The notes beneath the pieces were generated by a model. It was not told where the DNA came from. It saw only the letters and a program-made list of their open reading frames with translations, and made no database searches. 46,124 nt of DNA from an uncultured Candidatus Saccharibacteria bacterium (GTDB lineage: Bacteria > Patescibacteriota > Minisyncoccia > Minisyncoccales > CAYTKG01): NCBI GenBank assembly GCA_964501525.1, contig CAZCSI010000002.1:1-46124 (forward strand), given 5' to 3'. A program made the translations under genes and the position numbers. Below, one piece after another: positions 35,681-43,475 of this stretch (position 1 is its first letter; every line of letters starts with the position of its first letter).

Positions 35681-36205
35681 ATGTCTTACTCTTTATTAAA
35701 ATTAGCTAGAGAAGCGGTTGAAACTTATGTTAAAAAAGGGAGCATTATGGACCCGCCCCATAGCCTGCCTCAGGGATTGGAAGAAAAAAGAGGTGTTTTT
35801 GTAACCATCAAAAAAAAAGACGAACTGAAAGGGTGTATCGGTACCTACCTGCCTACGAAAGAAAATATCGCTCACGAGACGATATATAATGCCGTAGCCG
35901 CCTGTTCCAAGGATTACCGTTTCCCGCCCGTAACCGAACCGGAGCTTCCCTTTCTGAGTTACGAGGTTTATATTATAGGAAAACCGGAAAAAGTTAGTGA
36001 TTTTTCCGAACTGGACTCTAAAAAGTTTGGTTTGCTGGTCAAGAAGGGGTTGCGTTCGGGGCTTCTTTTACCGGGCCTTGAAGGGATTGACAGCCCTGAA
36101 AAGCAGTTCAAGATTGCCTGCCGTAAAGCCGGTATCTCCGGTTCTTTACAAAGCGATGATGTTGAAATTTTCAAATTTAAGGTTCAAAAATATGGAGAAA
36201 AATAA
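35681..36205 (+). CDS. AMMECR1 domain protein (AmmeMemoRadiSam system protein A-like)
   Basis: LLKLAREAVETYV, RGVFVTIKK and LKGCIGTY (the conserved GCIG) are present in a 174-aa protein. Confidence 0.85.
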   Translation: MSYSLLKLAREAVETYVKKGSIMDPPHSLPQGLEEKRGVFVTIKKKDELKGCIGTYLPTKENIAHETIYNAVAACSKDYRFPPVTEPELPFLSYEVYIIGKPEKVSDFSELDSKKFGLLVKKGLRSGLLLPGLEGIDSPEKQFKIACRKAGISGSLQSDDVEIFKFKVQKYGEK

Positions 36206-36863
36206 AGAGGTAAGCAAAATCTTATATGAGATCGGAGAACTGCACCGTATCAAGGGCACCCGGTATAAGCCTCGCGCTTATCGAAAAGCAGCCGAGACCA
36301 TTAAAAATCTGGACCGGGATGTAGCCGAGATTTATAAAAAGCAGGGGCTGAAAGGACTCCAGCAGATTCCGGGAGTAGGCAAAAGGATTGCTCAGAAAAT
36401 TAAAGAATATCTGGAAAAAGGGAGCATTAAGTATTTAAAAGAGTTGAAGCAGGAAACAGCTATCCGTCAAATCGTAACTCATTATTTTAAGACTAAGGGA
36501 GTCGGTTTGGAAGAGCTGAAAAAGGATGCCAAAAAAAGAAAAATTGTTTATTCTCGCTACACAAAACCGGCCAAACAGCTTTTAGAACTGGCCGGCTCCG
36601 TGGAAAAAGCTAAAGAGGCCGTCACCATAGTGGCCAAATGGGCCAAATCCAGAGACCTGGATTATGCTATAGAAACTGTTTTTAAAAAATGGCTGGAGCT
36701 TGACCGCCTGAAACCCAAAGAGATTGTTAAAAAACCTTATTTCCGGGGAGACCCCATGGTTTGGTCCAAGTCGCACCGCAAATGGTATGTTATCTCTCCC
36801 AGCGGAGAGTGGCTGGAGTTTGCGGGTAAAGAGTCTGAGGTCGAATGGAGGCTCGAAAAATAA
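36192..36863 (+). CDS. stand-alone DNA polymerase X N-terminal (8-kDa, HhH, dRP-lyase-like) domain protein with unassigned C-terminal half
   Basis: NKEVSKILYEIGELHRIKGTRYKPRAYRKAAETIKNL...IPGVGKRIAQKIKEYLEKGSIKYLKEL aligns by eye to the Pol beta/PolX 8-kDa domain. No palm or thumb domain follows. The start was set at the internal ATG 36192 of ORF 35997-36863. Confidence 0.6.
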   Translation: MEKNKEVSKILYEIGELHRIKGTRYKPRAYRKAAETIKNLDRDVAEIYKKQGLKGLQQIPGVGKRIAQKIKEYLEKGSIKYLKELKQETAIRQIVTHYFKTKGVGLEELKKDAKKRKIVYSRYTKPAKQLLELAGSVEKAKEAVTIVAKWAKSRDLDYAIETVFKKWLELDRLKPKEIVKKPYFRGDPMVWSKSHRKWYVISPSGEWLEFAGKESEVEWRLEK

Positions 36864-36971
36864 AAACCGGTTCGTAAAAACCGGCTTTAACTCCTTTTTT
36901 AAGAATTTTAACTGTTCTTATCTCTTTTTCAGAAATTACCTAAGGATTCCGGAGGACCACTTAGGAACCGC

Positions 36972-37526
36972 TTAAAGCCCCAGCTCTTCCGAAATTTCCT
37001 GCATTGAGCGGAGAACAATAGAAATAAATTCTTCTAATGTCAGGCCCAAGTAAGGCTGGCATTTTTTTATTATTTCTCTGTTTACTCCGGCTGCAAACCT
37101 CGGTTCACTGAATCGGTTAAGAACGTTTTCTGTTTCCAGCTCTTCTATCTTTTTAGAAGGAAGAACAAGGGTCGCGGCCACGATCAGTCCTGTTAAAGGG
37201 TCAACGCAGTAAACCGCTCGGGCCATTAAACTTTCCGGCTCCCGGCCGTGTGCATCGTTATGAGTCAGTACGGCTCGGCAGATCTCCTGCCCTATCCCCT
37301 CTTGCTCCAGCATTTCGGCTCCCAGTTTGGAGTGAGCCTCAGGGTTGTTCTTGGTTTTTTCATAGTCGATATCGTGAAGCAGCCCGCACAACGCCCATTT
37401 TTTCTGATCCTCCTTCAGGTGCCTGGCCAGAGCTTTCATGGCCGCCTCTACAGCCAGACAGTGTTTAACCAGGTTTTCATTTTTTACCTTTTCTTTTAAT
37501 AAATCTGAAGCTTTTTCCCTGTTCAT
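36972..37526 (-). CDS. HD-domain metal-dependent phosphohydrolase
   Basis: H..L (VKHCLAVE) and LLHDIDY are present in a 184-aa protein. Confidence 0.8.
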   Translation of the reverse strand: MNREKASDLLKEKVKNENLVKHCLAVEAAMKALARHLKEDQKKWALCGLLHDIDYEKTKNNPEAHSKLGAEMLEQEGIGQEICRAVLTHNDAHGREPESLMARAVYCVDPLTGLIVAATLVLPSKKIEELETENVLNRFSEPRFAAGVNREIIKKCQPYLGLTLEEFISIVLRSMQEISEELGL

Positions 37527-37604
37527 AAGTTATATTATTCGATAAATTATAATTATTTGGAACTCTTCTGCGTTAATGGCTGTACGTTGTTCAGTGCTGT
37601 ATTG

Positions 37605-38333
37605 TCAGACCAGAGTAATAAAGCTGCCTGTTTCTGGAAACAGTCCCCATTTTTTGTAAAAATCAGGGTTTTCCCCGCGTTTTCTGTATGAAAAAAAGCG
37701 ATCCGCAGTACAAAAGGTGCAGAACTCTGAAACCTCGATATTCTCTCTTTTTACACCTGTTTTTTCAAGCTGGTTTAAAGCGGCCTGAGTGAGGTCCAGA
37801 AAAAATCGGCCTTTGTTTTCCTCGTAATAATCAAACCAGTATGATTCTCGAAAACCATTTTTGGTTTTACTGTCAAACGAATAGCAGCACTTTTTGATAT
37901 GAGGGCCGATTCCAATTTTCAGCGCCTCAGGGTTTTGTATTTCGGTGACCGCTTCTTGGATAATCAGTTTTTCCAACCCCCTGCGTCCGGCGTGGATAGC
38001 CGCCACTCTTTTTTTAACGGGATTATATATCAATACAGGCAGACAGTCAGCTGTTTTTACGGCTAAAACCTGGCCCGGTGTTTCTGAAATCAATCCGTCT
38101 GCGTCCAGCTTGACATATCCGCCCAATTGAGAGTCTGTTTTGTGAATTTTTTTACCGTGCACCTGCTCGGCCAATATTATATCCTCACGGCCTGCCTTTA
38201 CTCCGGCTCGCTTTACTATTTCAAGCAGGTTCAAAACAGCATCCGGGCTGGTGTAAAAGTTAAAAGACCCCTCTTTTATTTCACTTATGCCGTGTGTCAC
38301 TCCCTCTTTTCCGAGGTTGTCGAAAAATATCAT
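37605..38333 (-). CDS. YfiH/PgeF (DUF152, laccase-domain) family protein
   Basis: AEQVHGKKIH, KTADCLPVLI and AAIHAGRRG are present in a 242-aa protein. Confidence 0.85.
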   Translation of the reverse strand: MIFFDNLGKEGVTHGISEIKEGSFNFYTSPDAVLNLLEIVKRAGVKAGREDIILAEQVHGKKIHKTDSQLGGYVKLDADGLISETPGQVLAVKTADCLPVLIYNPVKKRVAAIHAGRRGLEKLIIQEAVTEIQNPEALKIGIGPHIKKCCYSFDSKTKNGFRESYWFDYYEENKGRFFLDLTQAALNQLEKTGVKRENIEVSEFCTFCTADRFFSYRKRGENPDFYKKWGLFPETGSFITLV

Positions 38334-38364
38334 TTTTAACAGTTATATTATTGTTTAAACCTTT

Positions 38365-38955
38365 TCAAGAGTTAAACTCTTGAAGAACCTTGAAATCTTG
38401 TTCTAAAACCGTTTTCATGTTGGGGTTGTAAGTGGCTACGGCCGGGTGATAGAGAGGAATAAGAGTTATTCTGCCGAACAGAGTGCCGGCTTGGAATTTT
38501 TGTCCGTGGATCTTGCTTATGGCTTTGATTCTGTTCTCCAGCCCGTATCTTTTCATAAGAAAATACATGGCGTGTCTGCCCAGCGGACAAATCACTTTCG
38601 GCTTTATAATCTTTATTTGTTTTTCCAGATAAGAAACACAATTTTCCACCTCCTCTTTTTGCGGGTCTCTGTTTCCCGGAGGCCTGCACTTTATAATATT
38701 GGTAATGTATACTTCTTTTCTGGGAAGGTCGATCGACTCCAAAAGCTCATTGAGTATGTCGCCCGCTCTGCCGCAGAAGGGCCGGCCCGTTTTATCCTCG
38801 TTGGCCCCGGGGCCTTCTCCTACAAACATTATCTTCGCTTCATGGCTGCCCTCGCCGATTACCGGCAGGTTTCTGTTTTTATAAAGACGGCATTTCTGGC
38901 AGGCGACCACCTCGTCCTTTATTTTTTTCATCTGTTCGTATTTAGACATCACCAA
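38365..38955 (-). CDS. uracil-DNA glycosylase, family 4 (Fe-S type)
   Basis: CQKCRLY..RN, MFVGEGPGANED, PFCGRAGDIL and LYHPAV are present. Confidence 0.85.
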   Translation of the reverse strand: MVMSKYEQMKKIKDEVVACQKCRLYKNRNLPVIGEGSHEAKIMFVGEGPGANEDKTGRPFCGRAGDILNELLESIDLPRKEVYITNIIKCRPPGNRDPQKEEVENCVSYLEKQIKIIKPKVICPLGRHAMYFLMKRYGLENRIKAISKIHGQKFQAGTLFGRITLIPLYHPAVATYNPNMKTVLEQDFKVLQEFNS

Positions 38956-38958
38956 ATA

Positions 38959-40236
38959 TTAATTTTCTAATCCGGTTGAGACATAGATGGGAACAGAAAG
39001 CTGATCCGCGTTCTCCGGCAGGCTGGAGGGGTTGGCCTTTTCCAAAACCAGATAATGAAGCGCTGTTTCCCCTATTGTTTGGTTTGAGCTGATTTCCGCT
39101 TCAAATTCAACGAAATCTTGAGTCATCCATTCCTGGTTTGTCATAGCATAGCTTGAGACCAGAATATTGCCCGCTCTGTCAACTAACTTCAAGGGGAAGC
39201 TGGCCTCAAAAAACCATGTTCCTCTCGCCTGCCCCCTTATGGTTAAAGGCATCTTTACCTTCTGATAAGGCGCAGGAGAGGTCAGATTTATCTCTTCTTT
39301 TTCTTCGATTTCAATTTGTTCGGGGAAAATCCTCCAGTCCAGCAGGTCTATGCTTTCCGTGGTTCGGTCTCGCTCCACATTAATCTTTATGGGTTTGTGG
39401 GACGAGCAATCTTGTTCCATTCCGCATCGGACATACTCCGTGTAATAACCCTTGAACCCGCCGGCTTCCGGCCGGGAAGCGGATACGTAATAATCTCCAG
39501 CCGGCACCTCCAGCCGGTAACCCGTACCGTAAACATATTTGTCATCCTCTATTTTTTCTTGGGTGCAGTACTTTTCTCTTATGCCCGGTTTTTGGGCGCA
39601 GACCTCTACGTCTTCAGGTATCATCTCGCTCGGGTAGCCCAAGGATCCTTCAATTGTTCCCTGCCCCACAAAAGGTGTCGGGTCGCAGTAATCGGTGTCG
39701 CCCGGCGCTGCGCAGCCGATCTGTATCCATTCGTAAAAAGTACGCGGACTGCCGTCAATGGCGTAGATAACCTTATCTACCGTAGGAAACTGCTTTAATG
39801 TCTGTTCTATTTGCCCCCTGAACTGTCCGCTGCCGCATGTTGAGTTGGCTCCGGGTACCATAGGCCTCAGGTCTTCAAGGTTCAGATAAGCGGTTCCGTC
39901 TTCAATATGTACACTCTTGAGAACGTCTCTTGTTTCCCAGGAGAAAAAAGAAACATGTCCCTGCTCTTTTTCCTGCTCGGTCGGCCCCCGAAAAAGCTCG
40001 TTTAAGGCTGCTGTGGCCACTGCTTTTGTTTCCGGTATTTCTCTTTCAACCGGAAACACCTTGCTGCAGTCCTCCATATTAGGATTCAGCTCTGTATTGC
40101 CGAAATAAACCTTAACAGTCATTTTAGGTTCCGGGGTTTCAGACGGAGCAATGTCTTCGGATTGAAAAACAAAGTAGCCTATTCCGGCCATAATAACTAT
40201 TATTATTGTCCATAAAATTATTTTTTTGGCAGACAT
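38959..40236 (-). CDS. membrane-anchored GerMN plus Gmad2 (Ig-like) domain protein
   Basis: It has an N-terminal anchor. The GerMN-like part is VKVYFGN...AALNELFRGPTEQEKEQG and the C-terminal Gmad2-like part is LTIRGQARGTWFFEASFPLKLVD. A Cys-rich middle segment lies between them. Confidence 0.65.
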   Translation of the reverse strand: MSAKKIILWTIIIVIMAGIGYFVFQSEDIAPSETPEPKMTVKVYFGNTELNPNMEDCSKVFPVEREIPETKAVATAALNELFRGPTEQEKEQGHVSFFSWETRDVLKSVHIEDGTAYLNLEDLRPMVPGANSTCGSGQFRGQIEQTLKQFPTVDKVIYAIDGSPRTFYEWIQIGCAAPGDTDYCDPTPFVGQGTIEGSLGYPSEMIPEDVEVCAQKPGIREKYCTQEKIEDDKYVYGTGYRLEVPAGDYYVSASRPEAGGFKGYYTEYVRCGMEQDCSSHKPIKINVERDRTTESIDLLDWRIFPEQIEIEEKEEINLTSPAPYQKVKMPLTIRGQARGTWFFEASFPLKLVDRAGNILVSSYAMTNQEWMTQDFVEFEAEISSNQTIGETALHYLVLEKANPSSLPENADQLSVPIYVSTGLEN

Positions 40237-40261
40237 GGTTTAATAGTGTTTTAATATTGTT

Positions 40262-41245
40262 TTAATTTTTAATAATACCTGCTCCGAGGCAAACCTTTTC
40301 TTGATAAAAAACGCAGAACTGGCCCGGGGTGGGTGCAAATTGAGGTTTTTCAAACACAACTGTTGTTTTTTCCTTTTCTTTTTTTATTACAGCCCGAGCT
40401 TCTTTATGCCGGTAGCGTATTTTGGCCGTTATTCTCAAGGCTTTCTCGGGTTCTGACCCCGAGATCCAATTTATTTTTTCAATTTCTATTTTTCTCTTTT
40501 CCAGCTGGGAACGGTTTTTGGTAACAATCAGTTTGTTGTCCTTTATTACTTTATTTTTAACATAATAAGGTCCTCCGGACAAACCCAGTCCTTTTCTCTG
40601 CCCGATAGTATAAAAATGAATGCCCTGGTGTTCTCCCAGAACATTTCCTTTTTCATCAACAATCCTGCCCCGGCTCTTCCCTATTCTTTGTTCTATGAAA
40701 TTTCTGAAAGAACTATCTTTCAGAGCGCAGAAGTTTTGGCTTTCCTTTACTACAATATCTTTTATTCCTAATTTTTTTGCCAACCCTTGAACCTCTGTTT
40801 TTTTGTATCCGCCCACGGGAAAAACAATCCGGGAAAGCTCTTTTTCAGTTAAAAAAGACAAATAATAGGTTTGGTCCTTATCCCCGTCCTTGGCTTTAAG
40901 CAGGCGGTATCGGTCTGCTTTTTTTTCTATTCGGGCGTAATGGCCGGTGGCTATTTTTTCAATCCCCTTTTGGTCGGCAAAACTCAATATGTTCTTAAAC
41001 TTAAACCGAGGGTTGCACAGAACACAGGGGTTGGGGGTTCTTCCTTGTTTTATCTCTTTTAAAAAATAAGACACAATCTCAGCTTCAAACTCCCCTCTTT
41101 TGTTTAGGATAAAATGAGGAACCCCGGCCCGCTTTGCTACCAGACCTGCCTGCCTGGTCGGTGTTCGGTCCGTGTTTCTCAAAGTTAAAGCCAGAGGTTC
41201 GAACCCCTGGTTTTTGAGAAGAAACAAAGAAACAGCCGAGTCCAC
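40262..41245 (-). CDS. mnmA: tRNA 2-thiouridine(34) synthase MnmA (true 5' end probably upstream of the listed GTG)
   Basis: NPCVLCN, IATGHYAR, KDQTYYL and the C-terminal GQFCVFY are present. The listed start cuts through the PP-loop SGGVDS, which continues in frame upstream. Confidence 0.85.
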   Translation of the reverse strand: MDSAVSLFLLKNQGFEPLALTLRNTDRTPTRQAGLVAKRAGVPHFILNKRGEFEAEIVSYFLKEIKQGRTPNPCVLCNPRFKFKNILSFADQKGIEKIATGHYARIEKKADRYRLLKAKDGDKDQTYYLSFLTEKELSRIVFPVGGYKKTEVQGLAKKLGIKDIVVKESQNFCALKDSSFRNFIEQRIGKSRGRIVDEKGNVLGEHQGIHFYTIGQRKGLGLSGGPYYVKNKVIKDNKLIVTKNRSQLEKRKIEIEKINWISGSEPEKALRITAKIRYRHKEARAVIKKEKEKTTVVFEKPQFAPTPGQFCVFYQEKVCLGAGIIKN

Positions 41246-41300
41246 TCCGCCTGAAATACCGACCGCAATTTTCTTGTTTTGAGAGTTCAGAATAGAGTGT

Positions 41301-41801
41301 TTATTCTTCCAATGCTTTTTCTTCCGCTTTGACCCACTTGCCGTATCTTTTTCTCACTTCTTCTTTTGCTTTTGCAATCTTTTGATGTCTTTTTTTCAGC
41401 TCATCGGGAATCTTTTTACCTTTGCCCTGAAGATAATCATATATCGCTTCGGATAGGGCGTCTACAGCCAGCACCGAACAGTGTATTTTAATGGGCGGCA
41501 GCCCCCCGAGCTGGTCTATAACCTCTCCTTTTTCCAGCTCTACTGCCTCTTTTATCGTTTTGCCTTTAACAAGCTCGGTGATGATGCTGCTTGAAGATAT
41601 AGCGGCTGCGCATCCAAAGGTTTCAAACCTTATATCTTCAATAGTCTCCTCTCCGTTTTTATTCCGGCCCACTTTAATATAAAGGTGCATAACATCTCCG
41701 CAGGCAAGGTTTCCTACCTTGCCTGTTCCGTCCGGGTCTTTCATTTTGCCCAGGTTTTTCGGGTTTCTGAAATGTTCTAAAACTTTTTCACTGTAATCCA
41801 T
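41301..41801 (-). CDS. iscU: Fe-S cluster scaffold, NifU N-terminal/IscU type
   Basis: EHFRNPKNLG, NLACGDVM, FGCAAAISSSS and IHCSVLA carry the three conserved Cys residues. Confidence 0.9.
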   Translation of the reverse strand: MDYSEKVLEHFRNPKNLGKMKDPDGTGKVGNLACGDVMHLYIKVGRNKNGEETIEDIRFETFGCAAAISSSSIITELVKGKTIKEAVELEKGEVIDQLGGLPPIKIHCSVLAVDALSEAIYDYLQGKGKKIPDELKKRHQKIAKAKEEVRKRYGKWVKAEEKALEE

Positions 41802-41807
41802 ATATCT

Positions 41808-42974
41808 TTACTTAAAAGGTGATATTTTTCTTAATTTTTTAATAATGAAAGGAAGAGCCTCGATTACTTTTTCTACCTCTTTTTCAGTTGTCCATCTTCC
41901 TATAGAGAGCCTTAATGAACCGTGAGCCTGCTCCGGCTTTAATCCCAGGGCAAGCAGCACATGAGACGGTGCCAGTTTTTCCGAAGCGCAGGCGGAACCG
42001 GTTGAACCGGCTATGTTTTGAGCGTCAAGCTCTAGAACAATAGCCTCTCCTTCTATGAAATCGAACCTGAAATTGATATTGTTGCTTAACCTTTGCTGCC
42101 GGTCTCCGTTGAGGTAGGAAGAAGGTACAGCCTCAAGAATGCCTTCAATCAGTTTGTCTCGGAGCGAGGTTAGTTTTTCATTTTCCTTTTTTCTTTCCTT
42201 TCCATATATTTCGACCGCCCGGCCGAACCCCGCTATCCCGGCCACATTGGGGGTTGAAGAACGGATTCCTCTTTCATGCCCTCCTCCGTGTAAAAGAGGT
42301 TCGATTCTCGTTCCTTTTCGAACAAAGAGGCATCCCACTCCCTTGGGTCCGTATATTTTATGAGAAGATGCGGTCAATAAGTCAATACCATTGGCCTGAA
42401 CATCAATCTTCATTTTACCGAAGGTCTGGGCTGCGTCGGTGTGAAAAAGAACTTCTTTTTCCCGGCATATTTTTCCTATCTCTTTAACGGGTTGAATGGT
42501 TCCAATTTCATTGTTGGCGTGCATTACGGAAACAAGAATGGTGTTTTTCTTAATCATCGCTTTTACTCTTTCCGGGTCCACCTTTCCGTATTGGTCCACC
42601 GGCACCTTTTCTACTTCAAATCCTTGTTTTTTCAGCCATTGGCCGGCGCCGAGTACGCAGTCATGTTCAACAGCAGAGATAAGAATATGTTTTCCTCGGT
42701 TCTTGTTGGCCCAGGCTACCCCTTTGAGGGCCAGGTTGTTGCTTTCCGTGGCAGAGCTGGTAAAGATTATCTCTTTCGGGTCGGCATTCAGTTCTTGAGC
42801 TATAATTTTTCTGTTTTGCTTGAGAGCCTGCTGAGCTTTTCGGCCGAAAAAATGAAGAGAGTTCGGGTTTCCGAACTTTTCGGAAAAAAACGGCTCCATT
42901 GTCTTTCGAACGCGTGGGTCTACCGGTGTAGTAGCCGCATAGTCCATATATATTTTGTCTTTTAAAATCTTCAT
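41808..42974 (-). CDS. nifS: cysteine desulfurase (NifS/IscS class)
   Basis: YMDYAATTPVDPRV, SSHKIYGPKGVG (PLP Lys) and GSACAS (catalytic Cys loop) are present. Confidence 0.9.
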   Translation of the reverse strand: MKILKDKIYMDYAATTPVDPRVRKTMEPFFSEKFGNPNSLHFFGRKAQQALKQNRKIIAQELNADPKEIIFTSSATESNNLALKGVAWANKNRGKHILISAVEHDCVLGAGQWLKKQGFEVEKVPVDQYGKVDPERVKAMIKKNTILVSVMHANNEIGTIQPVKEIGKICREKEVLFHTDAAQTFGKMKIDVQANGIDLLTASSHKIYGPKGVGCLFVRKGTRIEPLLHGGGHERGIRSSTPNVAGIAGFGRAVEIYGKERKKENEKLTSLRDKLIEGILEAVPSSYLNGDRQQRLSNNINFRFDFIEGEAIVLELDAQNIAGSTGSACASEKLAPSHVLLALGLKPEQAHGSLRLSIGRWTTEKEVEKVIEALPFIIKKLRKISPFK

Positions 42975-43357
42975 AAAAGGTCTTTAAGGGTTCTTTTTTT
43001 AAAATATTTTTCTATCTCCAACCTCAAGCCCTGCCACAATTTTTTTTGACCGCAGTTGTCGCTCATTGAACAAGGCGGACACCTCCCTATTTTTACAGGT
43101 CCCTCCAGAGCGGTGATTACATCAGCTAAAATTATCTGGTCCGGCTTTTTATCTAAAAAATATCCCCCGCCTCTTCCCTCTTTGGAAGATATTACCTCTT
43201 TTTTAGAGAGCTGGGTTGCGATTTTTTCCAAAAACTTACGGGACAGATTTTTCTTCTTGGCTATTTTTTCCAGAGAAACCGGCTCCCGGTCAAAATTTTC
43301 CGCCAGAAAAATTAAAAGTTCTATTCCGTAGTTTGTCTTTTTATTGATTTTGAACAT
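42971..43357 (-). CDS. Rrf2-family transcriptional regulator (IscR-like)
   Basis: It has an N-terminal wHTH (YGIELLIFLA...VSLEKIAKKKNLSRKFLEKI) and a Cys cluster CPPCSMSDNC. It is the first gene of the nifS-nifU-mnmA operon. Confidence 0.85.
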   Translation of the reverse strand: MFKINKKTNYGIELLIFLAENFDREPVSLEKIAKKKNLSRKFLEKIATQLSKKEVISSKEGRGGGYFLDKKPDQIILADVITALEGPVKIGRCPPCSMSDNCGQKKLWQGLRLEIEKYFKKRTLKDLL

Positions 43358-43370
43358 AAAATAAAAACTC

Positions 43371-43415
43371 CTACTTCCTAAGTAGAAGTTTATGACAAAA
43401 AACCGTATTTGTCAA
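43371..43415 (-). promoter_or_regulatory. putative promoter plus palindromic operator of the rrf2 operon
   Basis: On the minus strand: TTGACA (43415-43410), a 17-nt spacer, then TAAACT (43392-43387). The palindrome CTACTT-agg-AAGTAG (43385-43371) follows and overlaps the SD. Confidence 0.5.
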
Positions 43416-43475
43416 TCGAAATTAGATTCTTTTTCTTTGATCTTTTTGCTCTCCTTCTTTTTCCAAAAAAAACTA

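Noticed and set aside
35997-36191. N-terminal extension of the HhH protein ORF (start at 35997)
   Set aside because: This part overlaps the AMMECR1 coding region in another frame. Recognisable PolX-like sequence begins exactly at the internal Met (36192).
36867-36884. Bidirectional terminator between the HhH protein gene and the HD-domain gene
   Set aside because: Only a 6-bp stem (CCGGTT/AACCGG) with a weak T-tract is present, which is too marginal to list as a feature.
38446-38970. 174-aa plus-strand ORF. Similar cases are 42441-42965, 39316-39798 and 11815-12306.
   Set aside because: All are antisense to genes with strong family signatures (UDG, nifS, the GerMN protein, dnaJ), and none has recognisable motifs.
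41191-41210. tRNA-like T-loop string GGTTCGAACCCC
   Set aside because: It lies inside the mnmA coding frame as a near-palindrome. No acceptor, D or anticodon arms can be built around it.
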